Shown here: positions 48,335 through 62,398 of the stretch, in pieces
How the letters are laid out: the number at the start of each line of letters is the position of its first letter
Position numbering within the stretch: position 1 is the stretch's first letter
Assembly: GCA_964016885.1 (NCBI GenBank)
Contig: OZ024764.1
Location: 16,554,001-16,618,000 of the forward strand
Direction: 5' to 3'
Length of the DNA stretch: 64,000 nucleotides
From: Eledone cirrhosa
Taxonomy: Eukaryota
The notes under the pieces: generated by a model
What the model was told of the DNA's origin: nothing
Databases searched by the model: none
Seen by the model: only the letters and a program-made list of their open reading frames with translations
Translations under genes and position numbers: made by a program

Positions 48335-49655
48335 ATAGTTCACTTGAAGCATTGTGTAATGAGGTATAAACGTTTGTATATGTATAATAAAGCCAAAACA
48401 ATGCAGGTATGAACATAGAATAAAGAATGCAAATGCAAAAGATATTGACAATTAGTCTTTTACTTTAGATTTCTTTAAATGTCCTTAATTTTCGAGATAA
48501 TATCTCTTCGGAGGGAAGTAAAGCGGTTAAACCGGTTAAACCAGTGTTCTAAATAACCAAGTCGTGCTGACAGGAAATGGTATAGAGTATCTGTTCTATC
48601 TCTAACGTCAAAGAGTTAAGATTAGGTGGATAAAGAGTAGTCTCCCTTTAAAAGGGTTGTTTTTTTTGTACATGCCTGTTTAAGTGTGTGGGAGAATGTG
48701 AGTGTGTGAGAAGATATGTCTATACGTAAATGTAGGGGATAGATGATATCTCATGTTAGAACTGGTCTTTGTGTGTGTGAGAGAGAATATGTGGAGGTGT
48801 AAGCGTGTGTGTGGGGTGTGTGTAAATATGGGGCTAGAAGCTCTATCAAGTTATAAATTGGGTGTTGAGTTCTAGTCTATTATTGATTGGTGGTTGTGTT
48901 TTGTCTATAATTAGTGCTTCCTTAATTCTAAGATTGCCGAGGTTTCTATCCTAACTGTTATGGTTTTGTCGGCGTTTTTGCATTTAACTAGGTGTTTCTT
49001 AAATGAGGAAGCGTTAGTATTGAGGTGTTCTTTTATTCTTATGTGGAGTGGTCTGGTGGTGCTACCTACGTAGAAGTTGCTGCATTTGTCACACTCTAGT
49101 CTGTATACGACGTAAGCCTGGTGGCATAGGTCTGTGTCGTTGATGGGGCAGTTGGCTAGCCTGCAGCAGTTGTCATGTCTGGTGGAGTGTCTTTTGGTTA
49201 GCTGTCCGCATAGAGAAGGTCCTGAGTGGGCCAGTTGGATATCTAGTCCCTCTCTGCGGATGGCTGTTGTTGTTTCGTTACTGAAGTGTGGGAGCTTCAG
49301 GAAGCAGGTGTTAGTGCCTCGGGTGTGGTGTCCTCTGTTCTTTCTGGCACGGTTTGTGGTGGATGTTGTGTATCCGTTCAGTATGAGTACTTCCAGGAAA
49401 TGTGGTGTGTGTGTCTCGGTCTCTAGCATCGGTGCATTTGTTCCGGATACGTGTTAGTTCATTCCTTATGTATCCAAACTTAGCACCGGCTGGGAGGGCC
49501 GATCTGAAATGTACGAACAGGTCCCTGCTGGCGGCTTTTTTATAGAAGCAGGTGTGGATGTTGCCTTCCTCTGTTACCCTGAGTTGGAAGTCCAGTAGGG
49601 ATAGGGATCCACGGTCATCGGAGTGTTCCATGCTGAACTTTATACTGCATTCCAT
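48335..49655 (-). mobile_element. Penelope-like element, 5'-truncated: RT thumb + GIY-YIG endonuclease + 3' UTR
   Basis: IKFSMEH...LSLLDFQL...FYKK...VHFRSA; VVYRLECDKCSNFYVGSTTRPLHIRIKEH; frameshifted. Confidence 0.9.
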
Positions 49656-50384
49656 ATGTGTATATATATATATATACACACACACACACATACATGCAAG
49701 TATCTATGTATGTATGATTTTAAACAATAGTATCTATGCATGGACATATGTATAAGTATGTGTTGCTATGGCAGTCGATCGAGGCAGGAGTAGGTGGTGA
49801 GTGTTTAGGGGGTGGTTTACCTTGGGCTCGGTGTTGTTATTGTCCATATAGCTTGAGGAAGGCCCCGGCCCTGAGGTGTCTACATGTACCGAAGAAGTCG
49901 ACCCTGAAGTTTGTTAGGCTGCTTTCACCGCTGAGTATCTCGAGGGTCTCGTACAGACATAGTTTGTGGGCAGTAACAAAAACTACAACCATCTCCAAAC
50001 TGCTTGCTTTGACTGGAATAAAGTAGATTGGAACTCTTACTGCACTGAGCTACAACACCCAAACTGGCTCTGGAGATGTGAACACTATACTTCCAAACAT
50101 CCTGAACTCAATATGGACAGCATATGCAGCATCAGTGCCACGTAAGTACAAAAAAACATCCCAAAAGTGCAATTTGAGAGACTGTAGCAGTCCGACTTGG
50201 CAGGAAAGATGGTTGTGATGCTGAATGGGGATACAGACTGCATAGATGAGAGGTTAATAGAGAAAAAAGCACAATAGATTACCTAACCATGTCAAGCAGG
50301 TGGCACAAAAAGGAAGTGTTTGAATTTGAACAATGTATAGCAACCAACTCTGACAACAAAGTGTCCTGGAAATATGTACACTGA

Positions 50385-50935
50385 AATGCAGTTCTCAGGG
50401 AGATTCAGCACAACATGTAAGTGACTCAATATTCCACAGACGAGTTCCTCCAATGCAGTTCTCAGGGAGATTCAGCACAACATGTAAGTGACTCAATATT
50501 CCACAGACGAGCTCCTCCAATACAGTTCTCAGGGAGATTCAGCACAACATGTAAGTGACTCAATATTCCACAGACGAGTTCCTCCAATACAGTTCTCAGG
50601 GAGATTCAGCACAACATGTAAGTGACTCAATATTCCACAGACGAGCTCCTCCAATAGTTCTCAGGGAGATTCAGCACAACATCTAGGTGACTCAATATTC
50701 CACAGACGAGTTCCTCCAATGCAGTTCTCAGGGAGATTCAGCACAAATGTAAGTGACTCAATATTCCAGACGAGCTCCTCCAATACAGTTCTCAGGGAGA
50801 TTCAGCACAACATCTAGGTCACTCAATATTCCACAGACGAGTTCCTCCAATACAGTTCTCAGGGAGATTCAGCACAACATGTGTCTGAGCATTCCAAAGA
50901 CGAGCTCCTCCAATACAGTTCTCAGGGAGATTCAT
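50385..50935. repeat. 67-bp minisatellite (~8 copies)
   Basis: direct. Confidence 0.92.
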
Positions 50936-51059
50936 TCAAAACATATAAACAACATAAACAGAATTATTATTTTTTTTTTTTTTTAATTTTCATTTATTGT
51001 TTTTTTTATCTTTGCCAACATTTTTGATTGAAGGAAAAACTGGATAGAATGTGGTGGGA

Positions 51060-51443
51060 GGTGGATGTAGGGAGGTTGGGGGTGAGGTGTGGATGTAGGG
51101 AGGTTGGGGGTGAGGTGTGGATGTAGGGAGGTTGGGGGTGAGGTGTGGATGTAGGGAGGTTGGGGGTGAGGTGTGGATGTAGGGAGGTTGGGGGTGAGGT
51201 GTGGATGTAGGGAGGTTGGGGGTGAGGTGTGGATGTAGGGAGGTTGGGGGTGAGGTGTGGATGTAGGGAGGTTGGGGGTGAGGTGTGGATGTAGGGAGGT
51301 TGGGGGTGAGGTGTGGATGTAGGGAGGTTGGGGGTGAGGTGTGGATGTAGGGAGGTTGGGGGTGAGGTGTGGATGTAGGGAGGTTGGGGGTGAGGTGTGG
51401 ATGTAGGGAGGTTGGGGGTGAGGTGTGGATGTAGGGAGGTTGG
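51060..51443. repeat. 28-bp G-rich minisatellite (~13.5 identical copies)
   Basis: unit ggatgtagggaggttgggggtgaggtgt. Confidence 0.95.
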
Positions 51444-51841
51444 TATATATATATACTTGTGTGTATATATATGTATATGTATACATATATGATGATGATG
51501 ATGATATATATGTATACATATACATACACAAGTATATATATATATACATATACATACACAAGTATATATATGCATATATATACATATATACACACAAGTA
51601 TATATATGCATATATATACATATATACACACAAGTATATATATATATGCATATATACACACAAGTATATATATATATATATATGCATATATATACATATA
51701 TACACACAAGTATATATATACATATATACACACAAGTATATATATATGCATATATATACATATATATATGTATATATACACACACACATATATATATATA
51801 TACACAAATATATATATACACATGTATATATATATATACAC

Positions 51842-51875
<34 letters not shown>

Positions 51876-51951
51876 CGAAGGAAATGTGGTAAGGAACCAG
51901 GTGGACCATAACGCACCAAAGTACTCAATACTTAGGGTAGTAGAGTGGGTA

Positions 51952-51982
<31 letters not shown>

Positions 51983-52369
51983 ATATATATATATGTATAT
52001 ATGGGATTGTACTTGAGTTAGGGTGTACACACTACAGCTAAAGTGTGTGGAGGGAAGAGAGAGAGAGAGAGGTGGAATGGGAGAGAGGGAGGGGGGAGGG
52101 GGAAATGTTAGTGTGTGAAGGAGACAAAGTGGAGATGGAGTGGGGTGAGGAGAGATTTGGCAAAGAAAGGGAGGGGGAGAGAGATAAGGCAGAGATAGAG
52201 AGAGGGGGAGAGAGATAAGGCGGATAGGGTGGGGGTGGGGGGAAGTGAGAGATAAGGCAGAGATAGAATGGGATATATATATATAAATATGCATACATAT
52301 ATGAATATATATGTATGTGTATATATATATATATACACATATATATATGTGTAGATATATACACATACA

Positions 52370-52415
<46 letters not shown>

Positions 52416-52492
52416 TATATATATATATGAATATATATATATATATGAATATACATACATATATGAATATATATGTATATATACATATATGA

Positions 52493-52545
<53 letters not shown>

Positions 52546-52641
52546 TGTATATATATATACACATATATATGTATACATGTATATATATATACACATATAT
52601 ATATTCATATATGTATATATATATATACACATATATATTCA

Positions 52642-52678
<37 letters not shown>

Positions 52679-52698
52679 CCGAAATAGGGTGGAAAGTC

Positions 52699-52744
<46 letters not shown>

Positions 52745-54079
52745 ATTTGCCCAGCAGCTTGTCATTGTTGCTGCTGTCATTGTAGTTGTTTCTTTCTAAT
52801 GTTGTTGTTGTTGTTGTGTCCCTCTGCCTCTATGCCTAATTGAATCTGAGCCTGGGATCCACAGAAAAGTATCCCAACATTGTTTCTAAACCAAGTCAAT
52901 CTATATACAAGTATTGTACACACACATACATACATACATACACACACAGATGTACATACATACATACATATGTACATACATACATACATACGTACGTACA
53001 TACACACAGGTACCCATATATACTTACACACACACAAACATTCACGGACGCACGCACACATGTGCGTGCACATTCACATATGTTTGCACACAAACACATA
53101 CACCTTTCATGTATACACCTACACACACACACACACACACACCCACTCAAACACAAACACCCTCATATACAATCAAGCTCACATAATCACACGCATTCAC
53201 ACACACAGAGACAGCTAGTCATTTACACACACACACACACATTTATATACACAAGCACGCAATAGTGTAGGCCTGAGTTCTGTACACTGGTCTCATTGAA
53301 GCTCAGCTCTTCCTAACCTGCAAAATGGAAGAAAAAACAACATTAAAAACTGTTTCCACTATAGGCACAAGGCCAGCAATTTGGGGGGAGGGAAAGTCAA
53401 TTAAATGGACGCCAGTGTATTACTGGTACTTTATTTTATCGACCCTGTTAGGATGAAAAGCAAATCTAACCTCATTGGGATTTGAATTTTGACTGTAAAG
53501 GACCATATTTCTATGCTGCGACTCCCTACCGATCACTGCCAGCGTAAAGGGCCGTAACTCTATGCTGCGAAGCATGGTGTCCGACCCCCTACCGATCACT
53601 GCCAGCGCAAAGGGCCGTAACTCTATGCTGCGAAGCATGGTGTCCGACCCCCTACCGATCACTGCCAGCGCAAAGGGCCGTAACTCTATGCTGCGAAGCA
53701 TGGTGTCCGACTCTCTACTGATTCTGCCAATACACCACACACAAGAATAGGAAAATGTTAACCCTTTTGTTACGAGATTTCTAATGAAAGATACTATATT
53801 TCAATTAATTAATTAATTAAGAATTTGGAGGGATTTACTCAAATTATTATTTCATTACTAAGACATTAACTTAACATATGGTTCTTATATGAAGTTATTT
53901 TGGAATATTTAATTTAAATAAGAACCCTTTAAAATGAGTGGTTTTGTAACATAGAACTAGAGATGGTGTCTAACTATCATTTATTTTAATTCTTTCATTT
54001 GTATTATCGTAAATACAACAAATATTTAAAAATATAAAATATTGAAATTTTCATGCATTAACAACAACAACAACAACAA

Positions 54080-54560
54080 AAATGAAGATAGAGATGTAAA
54101 TATATCTCTCAAACAAATGGAAAAATTATCCAAATCTAAAGATCTAGAGATAGAAATAACCCAAATGTGGATGATGAAAACAGAAACAATATTTATAATA
54201 ATAATGAGTGCTCTGGGAATAATAAGGAAAACAAATCATGCAGACAAATACATGTCCAGACCCCAAGACTTACAAATATATATAACATATAGAATATAGC
54301 ACTATTAGGTACTGTATATATATTATATAGAGTACCACAAGACTTACATATATATAACATATAGAATATAGCACTATTAGGTACTGTATATATATTATAT
54401 AGAGTATCACAAGACTTACATATATATAACATATAGAATATAGCACTATTAGGTACTGTATATATATTATATAGAGTACCACAAGACTTACATATATATA
54501 ACATATAGAATATAGCACTACTAGGTACTAAACACATATTTTGTAGAGTATTTTCAATAC
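54080..54560 (+). mobile_element. R4/Dong-like LINE 3' end with a 72-bp unit amplified ~4x
   Basis: KLSKSKDLEIEITQMW...IIMSALGII; atagcactactaggtact (IALLGT). Confidence 0.65.
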
Positions 54561-54829
54561 AATAGAAACAACACAAATAACAGGACACCACACGTGGTTA
54601 AGCCACATAAAACTGTGCTTGGTAATGTAGAGGCAGCACATAATGAAAAAACCTCAAAAAAATAATGGTTTCAAATTTAGGCAGAAAGTTGGTAATTTTT
54701 GAGGGAAAGTATACAATCACGAATACAATCAGCTGAAATAGGGTTCCTCCAAAAGGTCTTCGGAGTAATGTTACTTGATAGAGTGCATAACTTGGAGATC
54801 AGAGAGTCACTCTGGGTAGAGCTGCTACT

Positions 54830-55745
54830 TCTCTGAACTGAGAGATCACAGCTCTGATACTACAGACATGTGGTTAGAATGTCTCTGGAAGGAATCTCTG
54901 GATTGAGAGATCACCGCTCTGATACTACAGACATGTGGTTAGAATGTCTGAGGAAAGAATCTCTGGATTGAGAGATCACAGCTCTGATACTACAGACATG
55001 GGGTTAGAATGTCTCAGGAAAGAATCTCTGAATTGAGAGATCACAGCTCTGATACTACAGACATGTGGTTAGAATGTCTCAGGAAAGAATCTCTGAATTG
55101 AGAGATCACAGCTCTGATACTAGACATGTGGTTAGAATGTCTCAGGAAAGAATCTCTGAATTGAGAGATCACAGCTCTGATACTACAGGCATGTGGTTAG
55201 AATGTCTCAGGTAAGAATCTCTGGATTGAGAGATCACAGCTCTGATACTACAGACATGTGGTTAGAATGTCTGAGGAAAGAATCTCTGGATTGAGAGATC
55301 ACAGCTCTGATACTACAGACATGTGGTTAGAATGTCTCAGGAAAGAATCTCTGAATTGAGAGACCACAGCTCTGATACTACAGACATGTGGTTAGAATGT
55401 CTGAGGAAAGAATCTCTGGATTGAGAGACCACAGCTCTGATACTACAGACATGTGGTTAGAATGTCTCAGGAAAGAATCTGTGGATTGAGATATCACAGC
55501 TCTGATACTACAGACATGTGGTTAGAATGTCTCAGGAAAGAATCTCTGGATTGAGAGATCACAGCTCTGATACTACAGACATGTGGTTAGAATGTCTAAG
55601 GAAAGAATCTCTGAACTGAGAGATCACAGCTCTGATACTACAGACATGTGGTTAGAATGTCTCAGGAAAGTATCTCTGGATTGAGAGATCACAGCTCTGA
55701 TACTACAGACATGTGGTTAGAATGTCTCAGGAAAGAATCTCTGAA
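54830..55745. repeat. 65-bp minisatellite (~14 copies)
   Basis: direct. Confidence 0.95.
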
Positions 55746-56592
55746 CAAATTTTACGGGCAAAACCAACTGGCAGGAGACACAGGGGTAGACCCTGAGCAA
55801 GATGGTTGAATAACATCCATGAGCTTGGTTGGTCTTGTGTTTGGGGATTGAACCAGATTAGTTGGAGATGGTTCCTTCTGACAGGAGCTGCTGGAAGGCA
55901 TGTTTGAGGACTCCACCCCCACGTGCTACTCAGGAATAAGTGGGCAAAAAAAGAAGAAAAAAGTCGATTAAATCAACACCAGTGAGTCAGTGGTATGTTA
56001 TTTTATTGACCCCCGTAAGGATGAAAGGCAAAGTTAACCTTGGTGGGATTTGAACTCAGAATATAAGGGGATGTAACTATGCCACAAAACATGTACCATG
56101 CTCTACCGATTACTGCTAAGGCACCAGCCTTCAATAATAATGGTTTCTGGTTTAGGCACAAGGCCAACGATTTTGGGGAAAGGGAAAGTTGATTAAATTG
56201 ACCCCAGTACATTACTGGTACTTTATTTTTTATCGACCCCGTAAGGAGGAAAGGCAAAGTAAACTATGCCACAAAGCATGTTGTTTGACGCTCTACCAAT
56301 TACTGCCAATGCACCGGCGTTCAATAATGATAATAACACTGCTGAGAGCCAAGGACCACATAGCTGTGCTCGGTGATGTAATAACATGGAAATAGAATAA
56401 GAGAAATAATAAAATGAATTGGGGGAGTGAGAGTGAGTGATAGAGAGTGATAGAGAGTGAATGATAGAGAGTGAGTGAATGATTGAGAGAGAGTGAGAAA
56501 GAGAGTAAGGGGAAGTGTATATGTGAGAGATGGATAGATAGATAGATATAGGGGCAGATAGATGGATGGATAGATAGATAGATAGATGGATA

Positions 56593-57300
56593 TATTTCTT
56601 TATTAGCCACAAGGGCGCACAAGAAAAGGGGACAAAACAAAGACATGCCGGGGATTTTACATACAGTCGTGTAAAAAAATATAAAACAAACAATTATAAC
56701 AGTCAAAATCCCCAATAGGGGGGGAAGCCCCACAAATGGGTTGTTTAATACCCCGTAGATAGAAGAACAACCCTCAACTCCAGGAGCGTGTTGTGCAAGT
56801 GCTCCTTTCTTCCTTTTGTTCTCTTCTTTAACCTACAGGCTTATAAACAGAGAAGGTCCAATCACTTGGGCCATTCTCGCTACATTCACCCACCTTTCAA
56901 TAAATTTACTGGGGTGCAGTGCCTCTCTTTCTATTCTGATTTTCCTTCTAAAGTGGTACCTAAAGAAGGGAATGAGTTGTTGTCCGGAGAGAAAGGTATC
57001 TGTCCTCAGTCCTCTCAATCTCGTCCACCATATAACCTCTTTCACCATAGCCACGATACAGAGGAAAACCGCCTCTCCTTCATTTTTAACAGAAGGTGGC
57101 GGTTTGATCCTTACTATGGACTCGGCAGTCAACTGGATTTGTCCCACACGCGACAGCAGTTGTTCTGTGTAGTTCCACAGGTCGGTTACGCCCGGGCAGT
57201 GTACAATTGCGTGCAGGACGGTTTCAATGTCCTGCACGCATCTTGGACACGTCCTCTTGGAAGGATCCCTGCCTGTAGATCTTGTCACAAACTGGTAGAG
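56593..57300 (-). mobile_element. L1/Tx1-like LINE 3' fragment embedded in (GATA)n
   Basis: CPRCVQDIETVLHAIVHC...IWWTR zf-RVT motif; 3' end ...gtggctAATAAAgaaat. Confidence 0.8.
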
Positions 57301-57489
57301 CTTGATAGATATATGGATAGATAGATGGATAGATGGATAGAGAGATAGAGAGATAGACAGACAGATAGATAGATAGATAGATAGATAGAGAGAGGGTGAG
57401 AGACTCCTTTCATCTACCCATATCCCACACACAACACAAAAGATGTAACAAGAAAAAAATAGTAAAATTAATAATTGAAAAAACAGACA

Positions 57490-57581
57490 TCATCATCATC
57501 TACAACTTTCATCAACAACATCACTGCCAACAACAACAACAACATCAACATCACTGCCAACAACATCAACAACATCACTGC

Positions 57582-57622
<41 letters not shown>

Positions 57623-57990
57623 CCACTGCCAACAACACCAACAACAACATCAACAACAACACCACTGCCAACAACACCAACAACATCACTGCCAACAACA
57701 ACACCAACACTAACAACAACAACAACATCACTGCCAACAACACCACCAACACCAACAACACCAACAACACCAACAACACCAACAACAATGCCAACAACAA
57801 CAACAACAACACCAACAACAACAACGCCAACAACACCAACACTGCCAACACAAACACAAACAACAACAGCAATACCAACATCATTGCCAACATCAACACC
57901 AATAGCAACATCAACAACACCAATAGCAACATCAACAACACCAATAGCAACATCAACAACACCAATAGCAACAACAACACCAATACATCA
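57490..57990. repeat. (CAA)n degenerate microsatellite
   Basis: direct. Confidence 0.95.
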
Positions 57991-57994
57991 AGCA

Positions 57995-58875
57995 TAATTA
58001 GTGAAAGAGTCACTCGCTGGGAAGAAATACTTAACCTCCCATCTATAACAACAATGGAGCTAAAGGCTAGCGAGGCACTGTCCCCCTGGAGCTAAAGGCT
58101 AGCGAGGCACTGTCCCCCTGGAGCTAAAGGCTAGCGAGGCACTGTCCCCCTGGAGCTAAAGGAGAGTGAGGCACTGTCCCCCTGGAGCTAAAGGAGAGTG
58201 AGGCACTGCCCCCTGGAGCTAAAGGAGAGTGAGGCACTGCCATCTGGAGCTAAAGGTGAATGAGGCACTGCCCCCTGGAGCTAAAGGCTAGCGAGGCACT
58301 GTCCCCCTGGAGTTAAAGGAGAGTGAGGCACTTCCCCCTGGAGCTAAAGGCTAGCGAGGCACTGTCCCCCTGGAGCTAAAGGAGAGTGAGGCACTTCCCC
58401 CTGGAGCTAAAGGAGAGTGAGGCACTGCCATCTGGAGCTAAAGGTGAATGAGGCACTGCCCCCTGGAGCTAAAGGCTAGCGAGGCACTGTCCCCCTGGAG
58501 CTTAAGGCTAGCGAGGCACTTCCCCCTGGAGCTAAAGGCTAGCGAGGCACTGTCCCTCTGGAGATAAAGGCTAGCGAGGCACTGTCCCCCTGGAGCAGAA
58601 ACAAACTATGCAGTGTGGAAATGCCTAAACAGACTAAGATCTGGTGTTGGACATGCAAAAGTCACTCTTGCAAAACGGGGATATTTAAAGGATGGGGACA
58701 TTGTATGTAACTGCAGCATCGAACCACAGACTACACAGCACCTCCTGATATGTCCCCTGCTGGAACACCCCTGCACAGTATTGGACTTGGCAGAGTTTAA
58801 TGAGAAAGGACAGCAGTGTGTTGAGCTGTGGCAGAACCACATCTAGCCAAGCTTTGCAACTGACACTGTTGTGGA
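57995..58875 (+). mobile_element. Vingi/Ingi-like LINE 3' fragment with a 31-32-bp unit amplified ~17x (58055-58596)
   Basis: ORF 58613-58846 nearly identical to 28259-28492. Confidence 0.75.
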
Positions 58876-59116
58876 CACGACAACAACACCAATAACAACA
58901 TCATCATCATCAACATCAATATCATCATCAACAACACCAATAACATCATCATCAACAGCATCAACATCATCAACAACACCAATACCATCAACAACATCAT
59001 CATCATCATCATCATCAGCAGCAGCAAGAACCCACACTTACCACACAGCCAAGGGAGATAAGAAGGATAAAAAAAAAAAAATACAGGCAAGAAAAGATGA
59101 TCTGATCTGATACCAC

Positions 59117-59147
<31 letters not shown>

Positions 59148-59193
59148 GGTGGTGGTGGTGGAGGAAGAGGTAGAGGTGGTGGTGGTGGTGGTG

Positions 59194-59307
59194 CTAGTGG
59201 TGGTCGGACTCCACTAGGTCTGTGCCTGCTTGGCCACTGCCGGCATCTTGTGGCAGCCGCAGGTCTATAGTGCCACCAACACTTTCGTTATCGCACATCT
59301 GGAGCCA
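59194..59307 (-). other. Possible terminal exon of a minus-strand gene
   Basis: (TC)n tract + tttcccag acceptor, then WLQMCDNES...ESDHH*; no upstream exon identified. Confidence 0.25.
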
Positions 59308-59323
59308 CTGGGAAACGATAACC

Positions 59324-59366
<43 letters not shown>

Positions 59367-59392
59367 AGGAGAGAGAGAAGAAAAGAGAAAGT

Positions 59393-59423
<31 letters not shown>

Positions 59424-59944
59424 AAAAAAGAAAATGATGTTTACTGAATGAATGAAGCAATATGACAAAAAATGAAAAAAAAAAACTTTAACAATGGTTT
59501 CTTACGAGAGAGAGAGAGAGAGAAGAGAGAGAGAGAAGAGAGAAGAGAGAGAGAGGAGAGGAGAGGAGAGAGGAGAGAGAGAGGAGAGAGAGAGAAAGAA
59601 AAGAGAAAGTGAGAGAGAGAGAGAAAGAAAAGAGAAAGTGATGTTTACTGAATGAATGAAGCAATATGACAAAAAATAAAAAAATAAAAAACTTTAACAA
59701 TGGTTTCTTATAAAAGGGACAAGGCCAACAATTTTTAGGGGGAGGGGAAAGTCGATTATATCGACCCCAGTTCATTACTGGTACTTTATTTTATCGACCC
59801 CGGTAAGGATGAAAGGCAAAGTTAACCTTGGCAGGATTTGAACTTGGGCCGTAACTCTATGCTGCAAAGCATGGCGTCCGACCTTCTACTGATTCTGCCA
59901 ATCCACCGCATAATAATAATAATAATAATAAGAAGAAGAAAACA

Positions 59945-61065
59945 AAAGGAGACCTACAAATATATTGGTCTCACTCAAAGGAGGGGAGATAAGTCACACC
60001 CAAATTAAGGAAAAACATCAGAAAAGAATATTATAGTTGAGTGAGACTTATTTTAAACATGAAGCTCAATTTAAATAGAATATCTGCAATAAACTGCTTA
60101 GTAATATCAGTTGTTCAGTATAGTTTTAACATATTTAACTGGACAGTACAAGACATAAAAAGAATGGATGCTAAGAACCATAAACTTCCCACATGTCACT
60201 GGATGCATCACTCAAAAGTGGAATATGATCAACTCTACCTGCCCAGAACTGAGAGAGGCAGAGATCTCATCCAATTGGAGCTGTCCTACAAGATAACAAC
60301 AATCGGCCTGCACCAATATCTCAAGGTAACCAATGATTGGATGATGCAGGCAGTAAAACAGCATGAAGCCAGCAAAAAGCTTTACTCTGTGATAAAAGAA
60401 AGCACCAAATATATGCACGAAATAAATCTAAGCGCAGATGTGAGACAAGAAACCCCTCTTCCACCAACAGTGGCAACAAAGCTACACAAAAGCAAAAGAA
60501 GCAAATCTTGAGCAGAGGAAGGAAAAATGGCAAAATAAGCCACTACATGGTCAGTACTTGACTCGAATCAGACAAGCTGATTGTAAATAAAACCCAAAGC
60601 CATAAGTGGCTGTGCAGTTCAGGACTGAAAGCTGAAACAGAAGATTTCGTACTGGCTGCACAAGACCAATACCTTGCCACAAAAAATGATCAGGCAAATA
60701 TAATGGGAAAAAAAGTAACTATTCAGAATGTAGGTTCTGCAACAGAAATACTGAAACAATGGATCAGCTAATATCTGCCTGAACCACCTTAGCACTGTCT
60801 GAAGGTTCAATGACAGATATAGTGAAACAGTGGATCAGCTAATATCTGCCTGAACCACCTTAGCACTGTCTGACGGTTCAATGACAGATATAGTGAAACA
60901 GTGGATCAGCTAATATCTGCCTGAACCACCTTAGCACTGTGTGAAGGTTCAATGACAGATATAGTGAAACAGTGGATTAGTTAATATCTGCCTGAACCAC
61001 CTTAGCACTGTCTGAAGGTTCAATGACAGATATAGTGAAACAGTGGATTAGTTAATATCTGCCTG
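59945..61065 (+). mobile_element. R4/Dong-like LINE remnant (RT C-terminus) ending in a 71-bp x4 array
   Basis: AINCLVISVVQYSF...MHHSK...LYLPRTERGRDLIQLE; then L.AETE.F..AAQDQ. Confidence 0.85.
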
Positions 61066-62355
61066 AAGGAGGTCAGCTAAACCTACAGAGGTGTGAGCTG
61101 TAAAAACATTAAAGGACTGGGGTCCCTATCTTTAGAACACCTGAGAAAACTCCTGTGAGATACAACCTTGTAGGAGGCCAGCTAAACCTACATAGGTGTG
61201 AGCTGTAACAACATGATAGGACTGGGGTCCCTATCATTAAAACACCCAAGAAACCTCCCATGAAAGACAGCCTTGTGTGACATATATTCATACACACACA
61301 CAGATATTCATACACACACACACACACACAGATATTCACACACACACACACAGAGATTGGTGAGCGAGAACCTAGATAAGAAATACACTTGGTAAAGATG
61401 TCAGGCTGTGAGATTGAACCCAATACCAGATGGTTACAAAGCAACATTCTTAACCACGTAGCCATGCATTGGGGGGGGTTGGAGAGGTTATAGAGAGATA
61501 AGGGGACAATGAAGCTCAGCTTGGCACCCTGCCAATTAGTTAGTTAAGGGCTCTGTCAGACAGACATACAGGCAGATATCTAGTCAGCAGGGGTTAGTGA
61601 AAAGATCAGCTAGACAGACAGATAGGTAGACAGACAGCCAGGTAGACAGACAACTAGGCAGACAGTCATTCAGTCAGACAGCCAGACAGCCAGCCCGTCA
61701 ATCAGCCAGACAGCCAGACAAGCAGCCAGCCAAGCAGCCAACCAGACAGACAGCCAGACAGGAAGAAGTGAACCACATCAAAGGATTTGAACTCAGAATG
61801 GAAAGGGCCGTAACTCTAAGTGTCATAGCATGGCGTCCGACCCTCTACCGATACTGCCAATCCACGACTAGAAGTCGATGGAAACCGCGGAGTGGGGAGA
61901 CCCAAGATGACCTGGGATGAGGTGATAAAAGCCGACCTTACCCAATTACATACACCTCTCAAAGGACTCAGTAATACAGAGTACCCGACCTCCCATGGGT
62001 TCAAGCTGAAGCATATAGACAATATGCCCCCACACCCCCCACCGCAATGTGGTTGTGGAGGTGCCACGGCAAAAAAAGCACCCAGCCCACACTGTAAAGT
62101 GGACGTGTAGGCGCCACGAAAAAGCAGCCAGCACTCACTGTAAATGAGGTTGGTGTTAGGAAGGGCATCCAGGTGTAGAAATGAAGCCAGAATCAGTTCT
62201 CGTCCCACCCTTGCAAGCAGGGAAAAGCGGACGTAAAATGAAATGATGATGATGATATATATATTAATTCAAAATATTAACAAAAATAGATTGAGTGCTT
62301 CCAATCTATTGTAAAACTCATTCTTTGATGTATTTATTGAACCTTGTTTAACTTT

Positions 62356-62398
<43 letters not shown>

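Noticed and set aside
48478-48518. Hammerhead at the Penelope 3' end (ccgaagagatattatctcgaaa)
   Set aside because: Core and stem II overlap and loop III is truncated; probably a decayed relic, not called.
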